Of a DNA stretch of 64,000 nt, positions 9,023-18,168 are shown piece by piece; within the stretch, counting starts at the first letter, position 1; each line of letters starts with the position of its first letter. Below the pieces are notes generated by a model. That model had not been told where the DNA came from, did no database searches, and saw only the letters and a list, made by a program, of their open reading frames with translations. Made by a program: the position numbers and the translations under genes. Origin of the DNA: Nitrospira lenta (GTDB lineage: Bacteria; Nitrospirota; Nitrospiria; Nitrospirales; Nitrospiraceae); NCBI GenBank assembly GCA_945865525.1, contig CAMBDY010000006.1, positions 3,026 through 67,025 on the forward strand. The letters run 5' to 3'.

Positions 9023-10471
9023 GTGGCACTGACTGCAGCAGAAATTGGGGAGGTGGTGGATGAACTAGCCCGTGCCTTAGCCGAGGGCTGGATTCAAAAA
9101 ATTCATCAGCCCACGGATCGTACCATTGTGCTCGAAATCCGCACACCGGGACGGACGCACCAACTCCTCCTCTCCTGCCACCCGGAAACTACCCGTCTCC
9201 ACTTCATCACGGAAGCTGTTCAGAATCCACTGGTACCCCCTTCCTTCTGCCAATTTCTCCGCGCCCATTTACAAGGAGCGCGCATCGACCACCTCGAACA
9301 GATTCATGGAGACCGGATCGTCCACCTTGCCCTAAGTACCAAGAAAGGTCCCTGTACGTTGGTCGTCGAGCTGACCGGCATAACCTCGAATCTCCTTGTG
9401 CTCGATAAAACAGGCCTGATCCGGCGAGACTTAAATGGGACCAAGGATCTGCCGGGGCATATGTATGTTCCGCCAGCCCGTCCTCCCCAGGACCGGCCTA
9501 CGGTGAGCCTGAGTCGATTCAGCCAAGATACCCAGAAATCACCATTTCCCCGCTCCGCGGCCATCGAGGGCCATTACCACAAGGCCGAAGCCACGTCGGT
9601 CGTCCAGACCGCACAGAACGCCCGGGCAGGGATACTCAGAAGGTCCATCAAAAAGCTCCGACGCCGCATCGACGCCTGGCATGAAGACCTTGCGAAAGCA
9701 GAGAAATACAAAACCTATGCCCGCTACGGAGAGCTCATCAAGGCGAACCTTGGAACTATCCGCAGGGGTCAGACCGACGTGGCCTTGGTGGATTATTTCA
9801 ATGAGGAGCTGCCCAGCCTCACGATCCCCCTCGACCAGACCAAAACTCCCCAAGGCAATATGGACGACTACTTCAAAAAACACCGAAAGCATCTGTCGGC
9901 TGAGCGGGAGCTGCGGCCTCGCATCGCAGAGGGAGAAAAGGAATTGGCCCTACTACAACAAGAGGTGACCTCTATTGAGCAGGGCACCTGGCAACTGCCA
10001 ACTCCCACGCACCCATCCCTGCGAGCTAGACCCCCCGTGCGGTCAGGAAAAGAAAAGGGCAAACACGGCCAGACGCAAGGTCCCTTCCGCCGCTTTACGT
10101 CATCGGACGGCTTAACTATTTATGTTGGGAAAAATGCCCGGGAGAACGATGAGCTGACGTTTGGCCTGGCCAAGAGCGATGATCTCTGGCTCCATGCCAG
10201 AGGCACGCCAGGCTCCCATGTCGTGGTGCGGCTCGAAAAGGGAGCAGAGATCCCCTCGGAGACCCTGCGCGATGCGGCGACGCTCGCCCTACTCTATAGC
10301 GATCTGAAGAAAAGCGGAAAGGGCGACATCATCTATACCCTCCGCAAGTGGGTCAAGAAAACAAAGGGACAGGCGCCTGGCGCCGTCACCGTCACTCAGG
10401 AAAAGGCTCTGTTCGTCTCGCTCGACAAGATACGCCTTGCCAGCCTGAGAGTGCGATCAGACATACGCTAA
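9023..10471 (+). CDS. rqcH: NFACT-family ribosome quality control protein (RqcH / FbpA-like, NFACT-N + coiled coil + NFACT-R/DUF814)
   Basis: GTG 9023 with GGAG 7 nt upstream gives a family-typical N-terminus (M)ALTAAEIGEVVDELARAL..GWIQKIHQP. DR motif in IHGDRIVHLAL. Central coiled coil. C-terminal DDLWLHARGTPGSHVVVRLEKG (DUF814-type). The track ATG 8927 lacks an RBS. Confidence 0.8.
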   Translation: MALTAAEIGEVVDELARALAEGWIQKIHQPTDRTIVLEIRTPGRTHQLLLSCHPETTRLHFITEAVQNPLVPPSFCQFLRAHLQGARIDHLEQIHGDRIVHLALSTKKGPCTLVVELTGITSNLLVLDKTGLIRRDLNGTKDLPGHMYVPPARPPQDRPTVSLSRFSQDTQKSPFPRSAAIEGHYHKAEATSVVQTAQNARAGILRRSIKKLRRRIDAWHEDLAKAEKYKTYARYGELIKANLGTIRRGQTDVALVDYFNEELPSLTIPLDQTKTPQGNMDDYFKKHRKHLSAERELRPRIAEGEKELALLQQEVTSIEQGTWQLPTPTHPSLRARPPVRSGKEKGKHGQTQGPFRRFTSSDGLTIYVGKNARENDELTFGLAKSDDLWLHARGTPGSHVVVRLEKGAEIPSETLRDAATLALLYSDLKKSGKGDIIYTLRKWVKKTKGQAPGAVTVTQEKALFVSLDKIRLASLRVRSDIR

Positions 10472-10502
10472 GCCCCTCTCATTCATCTTGTATTGGAGCA
10501 AA

Positions 10503-11177
10503 CTACTGATGCTGGGTCATGAACCATCCGGCGACTGAGAGTCGCCGATGCGCACCAGCGACTTGATCCACCCGACAGACCCGATGGAAACGGGGTACCG
10601 TAAACATCACAAGCGAGCCAGGCCGAGGCTCGATGCAATGGGTCACCTCCAGGTCCTGCTGATCGGTGGCATGAGCGTTCCGCTTGCGATAGATGATCAG
10701 CTCTCCGCCCCAATCTGAGCGCCACTCATCATGAAAATAGCTCACCATCGCGAGGCGGCGGTGCAGGGGTGCGACGCCCTCCACCTTATAGCCTTGGTCC
10801 GTATCATCATGAGTCAAGAGGCAATCCCCCGCCGCGTAGGCATAATAGTTAAAGCCCACATGGTGGCCAGCGATGTGAGGGAAAGACTCCATGTAGGATT
10901 GAATACAAGGCAACTGTAGGCGTGACATCAATCGCTGCCCTTGAGCCCGATCAATTTCAGCCTTCGCCCAGTTTCCGGCATGCGGGAAATCTTCCCGAAC
11001 CTTCGGTAGATCGGCTAGCTTCTTCCAGGCCGCCGACTGCATTCCCTCACGGAAGAACTGCCGCTCTTCCTGCGACCAGAAATTTTCGACGACCAGCACG
11101 GGATGCTCATGAAAAGAAAATGCAGAAAGATCAGCTAACAAGACCGAGCTGGACATCGATTCCATTGGAGGGCTCAC
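10503..11177 (-). CDS. 2OG-Fe(II) oxygenase, prolyl-4-hydroxylase-like
   Basis: HxD (LLTHDDTD), distal His (VPRFHRVCRV), Arg (RRLSVAGWF) and WGGELIIY fit the double-stranded beta-helix hydroxylase pattern. Start is ambiguous: GTG 11177, ATG 11165 or ATG 11156. Confidence 0.75.
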   Translation of the reverse strand: MSPPMESMSSSVLLADLSAFSFHEHPVLVVENFWSQEERQFFREGMQSAAWKKLADLPKVREDFPHAGNWAKAEIDRAQGQRLMSRLQLPCIQSYMESFPHIAGHHVGFNYYAYAAGDCLLTHDDTDQGYKVEGVAPLHRRLAMVSYFHDEWRSDWGGELIIYRKRNAHATDQQDLEVTHCIEPRPGSLVMFTVPRFHRVCRVDQVAGAHRRLSVAGWFMTQHQ

Positions 11178-11323
11178 CAGACTCCTCTCGACAAATAGGG
11201 CTGGAGAGGTTTCGCACTCGCCACCTCATCACATCCCACAACCAGCTGATCGCCTAAGCTGGACGCAACCAGGGACTGCGAGCATGACGAGCACAGCCCC
11301 CCCGATATATTCGCGTGTAAATA

Positions 11324-11629
11324 CTAATAGCTACGCTTGCCGCCACCCTCGACGCCACGGCCACCGCCGCTAGTACGAGGTTCCTGGGGCCGCGCTTCAT
11401 TGACGGTCAAAGTCCGGCCACCCATCTCTGCGCCGTTGAGCGCGGCCACGGCCGCCTGCGCTTCTGCCGTCGAAGACATCTCAACGAAGCCAAAACCGCG
11501 TGACTGTCCCGTGAACTTATCCGTAATGATCGCCGCTGAAGCAACGGCACCATGTCGCCCAAACAGATCACTCAACTCCTGCTCAGTCGCCGAATAGGGC
11601 AACCCACCAACATAAATTTTTGAACCCAT
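11324..11629 (-). CDS. RRM-type glycine-rich RNA-binding protein
   Basis: RNP-2 IYVGGL, RNP-1 RGFGFVEM, Gly/Arg-rich tail. AAGGAGG upstream of ATG 11629. Confidence 0.9.
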   Translation of the reverse strand: MGSKIYVGGLPYSATEQELSDLFGRHGAVASAAIITDKFTGQSRGFGFVEMSSTAEAQAAVAALNGAEMGGRTLTVNEARPQEPRTSGGGRGVEGGGKRSY

Positions 11630-11897
11630 CTGGGGTTCCTCCTTTGAGTATGAGAATATTGTCTTGGGCTCGAAGGACGGGGGAAGGGGTGGGCCAAAGA
11701 CGCAAAAGACGTGGCGACTTAGGTCTGACTTCCGACGAAATTCTCGGGCAAGGCAATATCGATGCTACAGGCCTGCTTATTTCGCGCCGTCTTACCGCCA
11801 AGCCCCTGCGAAAAGACAGTGGAAAGCTAGCATAGGATTCTTGAAAATGCCAATCGACCACCTTTGCAGAATGCTGAAAAAATCCACCCGCGTCGGA

Positions 11898-12689
11898 TCA
11901 CTCTCCGATACGGACCAACAGGCCCCGGTCCCTACAGAACTCAAACATCCAATGGAACAGGGCAACGACAAGACTGAGGCAGACCATATTCAAGCTGGTG
12001 GCCCAGGCAAGATGGACGAGCGGCGAGACTGTCGCGCTGAGCACAGCGCGCATCCCTTCAAAGACGTGAGCGGCCGGATTCATCCACGCAATGGCCTGTA
12101 GCCAGCTTGGAAGCACCTCGATCGGATAGAACACGCAGGAAATGGGTTGGAACAGAAACACCATGCTCCAGGCCAGCACTTCCGCTTCCTGGCCAAAGCG
12201 CATAATGAGCGCCGTCGTCAGGACTCCGATAATCCAGCCCGTCATCACGAGATTCACAACAAACGGAATCAGCCAGAGCCCGATCACAAAAATATTGTAC
12301 GAATAAAAGAGGCCCGCACAACCGGCCATCACCACAGAAACGGCTATCACCTTTAAAATACTCATCACCATCGTCGCAGCCAGAAACTCGCTCGGCTTGA
12401 GTGGACTGGCGAACAAATTCATCAGATTACGCGCCCAGAGCTCCTCCAGAAATGCAATCGTCACCCCCTGCTGCGCGCGGAACAGCACATCCCATAAAAT
12501 TAAGGCTCCCAAAAAAAACGTGACCACCCCTGGGATCTGCCCCTCGAACTTCATGAGATACACCGTAATGAACCCCCAAATGGCCAGGTCCAGAAGTGGC
12601 CAATAGACGATCTCCATCATCCGCGGCAAACTACGCCGGTATAGGTATAAATGCCGCGCCATAAGCGCATAAATCCGATGGAATTTCAT
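11898..12689 (-). CDS. ABC-2 type exporter permease
   Basis: 263 aa with 6 hydrophobic spans in an ABC-2 membrane pattern. Same strand and directly downstream of the ATPase gene. Confidence 0.8.
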   Translation of the reverse strand: MKFHRIYALMARHLYLYRRSLPRMMEIVYWPLLDLAIWGFITVYLMKFEGQIPGVVTFFLGALILWDVLFRAQQGVTIAFLEELWARNLMNLFASPLKPSEFLAATMVMSILKVIAVSVVMAGCAGLFYSYNIFVIGLWLIPFVVNLVMTGWIIGVLTTALIMRFGQEAEVLAWSMVFLFQPISCVFYPIEVLPSWLQAIAWMNPAAHVFEGMRAVLSATVSPLVHLAWATSLNMVCLSLVVALFHWMFEFCRDRGLLVRIGE

Positions 12690-12823
12690 TGTCCTCTTCT
12701 CTTCCCTCTACTTGGTTGGGCAGGAAATCCCGGAGTGCTGGAGCGCGTCGCCCCTGCGCGCGCTCAACGAGGGCCTGCTGAGGTCACGCATTGCGCGAGC
12801 ACAGAGACCCACCCCAGCGCCTC

Positions 12824-13564
12824 CTACTGCTCTCGCGCCAACTTCACAAACACTTCTTCCAAATCTGCCTGCCCGAACCGCGCCACAATCTCCTGCGCCG
12901 TCCCCTCCGCCACGATTTTACCCCGCTGGAGGAAGATGATCCGATCCGACATTGCTTCCATCTCATGCATATTGTGCGACGAATAGAGCACGCTGAGACC
13001 GGTTGTGCGCCGCTCCTCCTTGAGAAAGCTCCGGATTTTTTGCGCAATATCGGGATCAAGGCTCGCGGTCGGCTCGTCAAGCAATAGAATCTTCGGTTCG
13101 GTCAGAAAGGCCTTGGCCAGTCCAAGCCTAGTACTTTGCCCAGAGGACAGCTTACGCGTCACTTTATGGCGAAACTCCTCCATCTCCAGTCGTTTGACAA
13201 TATCATCAACACGCTGTTGGATCTGACGCAGCCCATACAGCCGCGCGATCACCCAGAGGTTTTCCTCCACCGTGAGCGCCTGCGGCATGGACACGTAGGT
13301 CGAAGAAAAGTTGATTTGTTGCAAAATGGCCTCGCGATCCGTTTCCAGATCGCGTCCAAACATTGCAATGGAGCCAGAGGTCGGCTTCACTACCCCCAAC
13401 AGCATCTGAATGGTCGTGGTTTTACCCGCCCCGTTTGGGCCTAGCAACCCGAGAATCTCTCCCGGCCTGAGATCGAACGAAATATCGTTGACAGCGACGA
13501 AATCGCCGAACTGTTTCACGAGATGTTGGACGTGCAGGACAGATGTAGGTGTGGGCATGGGCAA
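12824..13564 (-). CDS. ABC transporter ATP-binding protein
   Basis: Walker A GPNGAGKTT, signature LSSGQSTR, Walker B LLLDEPT. Start is TTG 13564 or ATG 13558. Confidence 0.9.
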   Translation of the reverse strand: MPMPTPTSVLHVQHLVKQFGDFVAVNDISFDLRPGEILGLLGPNGAGKTTTIQMLLGVVKPTSGSIAMFGRDLETDREAILQQINFSSTYVSMPQALTVEENLWVIARLYGLRQIQQRVDDIVKRLEMEEFRHKVTRKLSSGQSTRLGLAKAFLTEPKILLLDEPTASLDPDIAQKIRSFLKEERRTTGLSVLYSSHNMHEMEAMSDRIIFLQRGKIVAEGTAQEIVARFGQADLEEVFVKLAREQ

Positions 13565-13572
13565 TCAACAAA

Positions 13573-14283
13573 TTAGTTGAAGAGCAGGGCGCTGCCAATT
13601 TTCTCTGGGAGATGGCAGGTTTCACATTTCCGGCTCACGACCTTCCCCTCATGCTCCGTCTTCCCGTCATGGCAGCGGAAACAATCCTTGAGGGCGCTGG
13701 TCCGCAAGTATGAACCTTCTGGATGGTCTGGGTACCAAGGTTTCTCGTCGGCCGATACATGCCCGCGCGGGATCACGATCGGATAGCCCTTGATCGGTGG
13801 TTCATGCACGACCGACGCATGGCAGGTCGTGCAGCCCTCTCCCTGGCTTCGCTTCGCAAAAGCCTCGATATGTTTACGGTGGCTCATGATCAGACCCACC
13901 TCTTTAACCGGCGAAGGCAGATCGCGCTGGGCCACTTCGGAGACCCGCAGAATGTCTCGATGACAGCCCAGACAGACGGCAGAATCGACTTTGGCTTGCA
14001 AGTTATGGGGATCGGTCGGGCTCCCAAACAGGTAGATCGCCACATCCTTCGTCCCCCCCCAGGCCTTATCGTGGAGCCACCCTTCGAGGCCTGGTCGCAC
14101 ATGGCAGGCCACACAGGTTACCTCCCGATGCGAAGACTTCGCCCAACTCGCGTGGGAGGGCGCGATGGTATGGCAACTGGCACAGAAGGTCGGGTGGTTC
14201 GTGATAGGAATGGCTATCCCGCCCAGCGTGATGGCGCCGAGGGCAAGGACCAACAGGATAGTCGCTTTAGGCTTCCAGTTCAT
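13573..14283 (-). CDS. Membrane-anchored hexahaem c-type cytochrome, NapC/NirT/NrfH-like
   Basis: N-terminal TM helix followed by six CXXCH motifs (CASCH, CVACH, CLGCH, CTTCH, CFRCH, CETCH). The first two are spaced as in NapC/NirT quinol dehydrogenases. ATG 14283 overlaps mobB by 17 nt. Confidence 0.85.
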   Translation of the reverse strand: MNWKPKATILLVLALGAITLGGIAIPITNHPTFCASCHTIAPSHASWAKSSHREVTCVACHVRPGLEGWLHDKAWGGTKDVAIYLFGSPTDPHNLQAKVDSAVCLGCHRDILRVSEVAQRDLPSPVKEVGLIMSHRKHIEAFAKRSQGEGCTTCHASVVHEPPIKGYPIVIPRGHVSADEKPWYPDHPEGSYLRTSALKDCFRCHDGKTEHEGKVVSRKCETCHLPEKIGSALLFN

Positions 14284-14791
14284 GCTCCAAACGGGAACGT
14301 GATCTAGGGAATTGTTTCATGATCAAGGCGGCCACGCCTGCAACATCGTCCAGACCGAATAGAGGCACGGAGAAATTGATCGGCTTATCCGACACCACCG
14401 CCAGCAAGCCTTCCGAGGACACGGGGATTTCCCCAACGGCCTCACGAATGATCACGATCTTCGGATAGCTTTCATGTTTCCACCCTTCGGCAATGATCAA
14501 ATCATAGCTGGAGTCAAGAAATCGGTCCCGAACCGCCTCGACGCTCATCTCCTCGGACACGTCAGCAAACATCGCCATGCTGCCCTTGGAGAGCACCATC
14601 ACGCTGCTGGCTCCGGCCTGCTTATGGCGCCAGCTGTCCTTACCTTCCGTATCGAGATCGAATCCATGGCCGGCATGTTTCACCGTTGCGACTTTATAGC
14701 CGGCCCGAACCAGTTCAGGAATCACCCGCTCGATGAACGTGGTTTTCCCGCTGTTCGATCGACCAACAAACGACACAATAGGGACGGCCAT
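14267..14791 (-). CDS. mobB: Molybdopterin-guanine dinucleotide biosynthesis adapter MobB
   Basis: VSFVGRSNSGKTT P-loop, KVATVKHAGHGFDLDTEGKDSWRH. Confidence 0.85.
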   Translation of the reverse strand: MAVPIVSFVGRSNSGKTTFIERVIPELVRAGYKVATVKHAGHGFDLDTEGKDSWRHKQAGASSVMVLSKGSMAMFADVSEEMSVEAVRDRFLDSSYDLIIAEGWKHESYPKIVIIREAVGEIPVSSEGLLAVVSDKPINFSVPLFGLDDVAGVAALIMKQFPRSRSRLEHELEA

Positions 14792-14848
14792 ACCAAAGGA
14801 TCCTTTGTTAAGCGTTGTACCGGCGGCATCAAGAAATCCTGCACGGCC

Positions 14849-16147
14849 TCAGCAACAGGAGAGATGAGGCTCGCTCGCCTGCACAGGGCCTGCGTGGTTC
14901 CCCCATACTTCACCGCATAGCAATTGAACCGAGACCAGATCGCCAGGATTGACCCGTTCGACTTCGACTGGAATATCGATCAAGCAATTGGCTTTCACCA
15001 TGGAGGTCAAAATTCCGGACCCCTGCGGGCCAGTGGTGCGCACCTTAAAGACTCCCGCTTCCTGCGTGAGTACCCCGCGCAAGAAGTGGCGCCGGTCCGT
15101 CCGCTTGGAAAACTTTTCCTCGAAAATCGCCTGTACGACCGGACGGCCATAATGCCGGTGCCCGCTCATTTTGAGCATCGCCGGCCGCACCAGCTGCTCG
15201 AACGTCACCATGGAGGAGACGGGATTCCCTGGCAAGCCGAAGGCGAGCTTGCCCTGAATCTTACCGAACGCCAGCGGCTGCCCCGGCCTAATCGCCAACT
15301 TCCAGAAATTCATTTCTGCGCCAAGCTCATGGAACACCGTCTTCGTGAAATCATAATCGCCCATCGAAACACCGCCGGACAGAACCAGAATATCCGCCGT
15401 CAGTCCCTGCGAGATCTTTTCCTTCAAGGCCGCGGGCGTGTCCCGTGCGATTCCCAGCAAGAAGGGAATACCACCCGCCTCCTGCACGGCCGCCGCAATC
15501 CCATAGCTGTTGGAGTTGATGATTTTTTCTTCACTGAACCGCTCATCCAAATCTGCCAATTCGTCGCCGGTCGACAGGATCGCTACACGAGGCCGTTGAT
15601 AGGCGAAGATGAAGGACTTGGCCAAAATCGCCAGCATCCCTGCTTCGCCGGGCCGGATCTGGGTCCCCTTGGCAATGATGCAGTCGCCCTTCTTCACGTC
15701 TTCGCCTTGCGGACGAATGTTGGCACCTTGCTGTTCCGCCTTGAAAACGCGAACGGAATCGGGCGTATGTTCCGTATCCTCGATCTTCAAGACCGTGTCC
15801 GCCCCCTTCGGGATCGGAGCCCCAGTCATGATGCGAATCGCCTGCCCCTTACCAACAGTTTTGGACGGCATCTTGCCAGCCGGTACGTCTTCGATGACCG
15901 TGAGCGTCACCAGCTTCTGAATCGTCTGCTCCTGCCTGATATCCTCCCAACGTACCGCAAACCCATCCATCGCGCTGTTGTTCCAGGGCGGATTATCCCG
16001 CTCCGCCACAATGTCTTCACCTAAAACACGACCGAGCGCATCTAGGATCGAAATCTTTTCCAGGCCCAACGTCGGCGTGGACGCCAAGACGATCCGCTGC
16101 GCTTCCTGGAGCTGCGTAAGCCCCTCCGTCACGTCTGTAGCCTTCAC
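14849..16147 (-). CDS. moeA: Molybdopterin molybdotransferase MoeA
   Basis: Full-length MoeA-like sequence (PPWNNSAMDGFAV, SGGVSMGDYDF, GLPGNPVS). GTG 16147 preceded by GGAGGAGAG. Confidence 0.9.
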   Translation of the reverse strand: MKATDVTEGLTQLQEAQRIVLASTPTLGLEKISILDALGRVLGEDIVAERDNPPWNNSAMDGFAVRWEDIRQEQTIQKLVTLTVIEDVPAGKMPSKTVGKGQAIRIMTGAPIPKGADTVLKIEDTEHTPDSVRVFKAEQQGANIRPQGEDVKKGDCIIAKGTQIRPGEAGMLAILAKSFIFAYQRPRVAILSTGDELADLDERFSEEKIINSNSYGIAAAVQEAGGIPFLLGIARDTPAALKEKISQGLTADILVLSGGVSMGDYDFTKTVFHELGAEMNFWKLAIRPGQPLAFGKIQGKLAFGLPGNPVSSMVTFEQLVRPAMLKMSGHRHYGRPVVQAIFEEKFSKRTDRRHFLRGVLTQEAGVFKVRTTGPQGSGILTSMVKANCLIDIPVEVERVNPGDLVSVQLLCGEVWGNHAGPVQASEPHLSCC

Positions 16148-16160
16148 GGTCTCTCCTCCA

Positions 16161-17114
16161 TCAATGCGCCTGCCGGGGCGCGATCTTCACGAGCGACCCA
16201 CTCTTCTTACAAAACGCTTCAACCTTGTTGGCAATGTCGTGATAACAGGCGGCGGTCGCTGAGTCCGAGTTGAACATCGCGAAAGGCTCCCCTGCGTCGG
16301 ACTGGAGCACGACATCGGGATCGAGCGGGATGCGCCCGAGAAACGGCACGCCCATATCGGCCGCGGAAGCTTCGCCGCCGCCCTTGCGAAAGACATCGAT
16401 GTGGTTGTGACAATGAGGGCATTCCAGCCCGCTCATGTTCTCGACAATCCCGATGATCGGCACTTCGCTGTCCTTGCAGAAGGTAACGGACTTACGGGAA
16501 TCCAGCAAGGCCACTTCCTGGGGCGTCGTAATGATCACCGCACCACTGACATTGCCGAGCAAATCAATAGTCGTGACCGACTCGTTGCCCGTGCCGGGCG
16601 GCAAATCCACAAATAGGAAATTCAAGTCCTGCCACTCGACTCCCCCCAGCAGTTGATTGATGAACTCATACTTGTACGCATCGCGCCAGATAATCGGATC
16701 GTCTGAATTCTGCAAGAGAAATGACATGGAAGCGATTTTAAGGTTGTACGCCTGAAAGGGGATGATCCCCCCCGAGCTGCTGATCTTGAGCTTCTGCCCT
16801 TCAGCCCCCACCATCTTCGGAATGTTCGGCCCATGGATGTCCATATCGCAGATACCGACATGCCAACCTTTGAGCGCGAGACTCACGGCGAGGTTAGTCG
16901 TGCAGGTGCTCTTTCCGACTCCGCCCTTGTTGCTCATGACGAGCACTTTGTATTCAATCCGTTCCATCCGCTTGGCTACAAGCCAGCGGCTGTGCCCTTC
17001 CTTATCCTTCTGGCAGGTTTCATTCTCGTCGCAAATCGCGCAGGCCCACATGTAGATACACGCATCGCTGCTATCGGAGCTGGGAGGTTGAATCACATTC
17101 AGTTCACGAGCCAT
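16161..17114 (-). CDS. Mrp/NBP35-family Fe-S cluster carrier ATPase with Cys-rich N-terminus
   Basis: Deviant Walker A SNKGGVGKST, CPHC bridging-cluster motif, N-terminal C-x5-C-x2-C-x5-C (17060-17013). Confidence 0.9.
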   Translation of the reverse strand: MARELNVIQPPSSDSSDACIYMWACAICDENETCQKDKEGHSRWLVAKRMERIEYKVLVMSNKGGVGKSTCTTNLAVSLALKGWHVGICDMDIHGPNIPKMVGAEGQKLKISSSGGIIPFQAYNLKIASMSFLLQNSDDPIIWRDAYKYEFINQLLGGVEWQDLNFLFVDLPPGTGNESVTTIDLLGNVSGAVIITTPQEVALLDSRKSVTFCKDSEVPIIGIVENMSGLECPHCHNHIDVFRKGGGEASAADMGVPFLGRIPLDPDVVLQSDAGEPFAMFNSDSATAACYHDIANKVEAFCKKSGSLVKIAPRQAH

Positions 17115-17159
17115 GGATCATCTTTCTATATAACGTTACGCCCAATCTGCGTCTTTCCA

Positions 17160-18098
17160 TTATCGCCGGCGGCCGGTTGGCACGCCAACATAGTCACCCT
17201 CTGCCACGGTGGAGAGTCCCGCGGTTTTGCCGTTTCCCGCCGTGGCAGCAGCCACGTCGGGGACAGCTGACTCGTCCGGAGCGAGCTTCTTCTTATTGAA
17301 AAATCCCGCGCTTACAATACCAACTTCATAGAACACATACATCGGGAGGGCCATGAGACATTGATTGAAGGGGTCTGGCGTGGGGGTCAAGATGGCGGCA
17401 ATGATGAACGAGCCCAACAACGCCCACTTCCGATACCGCTTGAGAAAAGGCGCATCAACCCACCCCAGCTTCGCCATGAGGGTGATCGCGAGGGGCACTT
17501 CGAAGATCAGCCCAAAGACCATCAGAAACCAAAGGGAAAATCCGACGTACTGCGCGATGGAGATCTGAGGAATGAAGCCGGCGTTAACGCCATAGGAAAC
17601 TAGAAAATTCAGCGCAAATGGCAGTACGAAGAAAAAAGAAAAGCCTACCCCCGCGTAAAAAGCCAGAGCACTCAACAGCACAAAGGGGGCCACGAACCGC
17701 CGTTCTTGGGCATGGAGGCCCGGCACAATGAACTGCCAAACTTCCAGCAAAATATAGGGAGTCGCAGCGACGAGCGCAAAAAGCCCAGCCACCTTGACGT
17801 TTTGCCACAGCGCTTCAGCCGGCGCGAGAAAGACAAAGGGGACGGTCGGTAGATCCGTCGGCATCCACGCGAGGGAGCCCGGCACAAACATGTTCTGGAG
17901 GGGGATACGCAACCACTGCACCAGCGTATCGGCATAGAAAAATGTGCCGACGAACACCAGCCCGGTGATAATAACGGCGCGCGTCAGCCGGACCTGGAGC
18001 TCCACGAGGTGCTCCATCACCGGCATCTTCTTGTCTTCCAGCGGCTTAAAGATCGTGTCTTGCAGCCACTGATTGAGTGAGTTCAGACCGTCGGACAT
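17160..18098 (-). CDS. tatC: Twin-arginine translocase subunit TatC
   Basis: MEHLVELQVRL..., six TM spans, typical TatC length and pattern. Confidence 0.9.
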   Translation of the reverse strand: MSDGLNSLNQWLQDTIFKPLEDKKMPVMEHLVELQVRLTRAVIITGLVFVGTFFYADTLVQWLRIPLQNMFVPGSLAWMPTDLPTVPFVFLAPAEALWQNVKVAGLFALVAATPYILLEVWQFIVPGLHAQERRFVAPFVLLSALAFYAGVGFSFFFVLPFALNFLVSYGVNAGFIPQISIAQYVGFSLWFLMVFGLIFEVPLAITLMAKLGWVDAPFLKRYRKWALLGSFIIAAILTPTPDPFNQCLMALPMYVFYEVGIVSAGFFNKKKLAPDESAVPDVAAATAGNGKTAGLSTVAEGDYVGVPTGRRR

Positions 18099-18168
18099 AC
18101 GAACCGTTTATCTGATAATGAGCCGTGCCTGCCCATTCTCTGAACAGGCACGGCTCTCGTCATGCTGG

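Noticed and set aside
12690-12823. A 134-bp gap inside the ABC ATPase-permease pair, checked for a missed small gene or a longer permease N-terminus.
   Set aside because: Only a 27-codon ORF without an RBS is present, plus a 7-bp GC hairpin (GAGCGCG...CGCGCTC, 12741-12765). Nothing supports a coding feature.
14924-16024. Long alternative-frame or antisense ORFs in the track. Examples: 14924..16024 (366 aa, antisense to moeA), 1699..2541 (antisense to the MCO), 20245..20751, 27781..28417, 31231..31950, 53138..53677 and 5549..6202.
   Set aside because: They lie fully inside well-supported genes on the opposite strand. They have Arg/Pro/Gly/His-rich low-complexity translations typical of GC-rich shadow ORFs, and they lack RBS and domain signatures.
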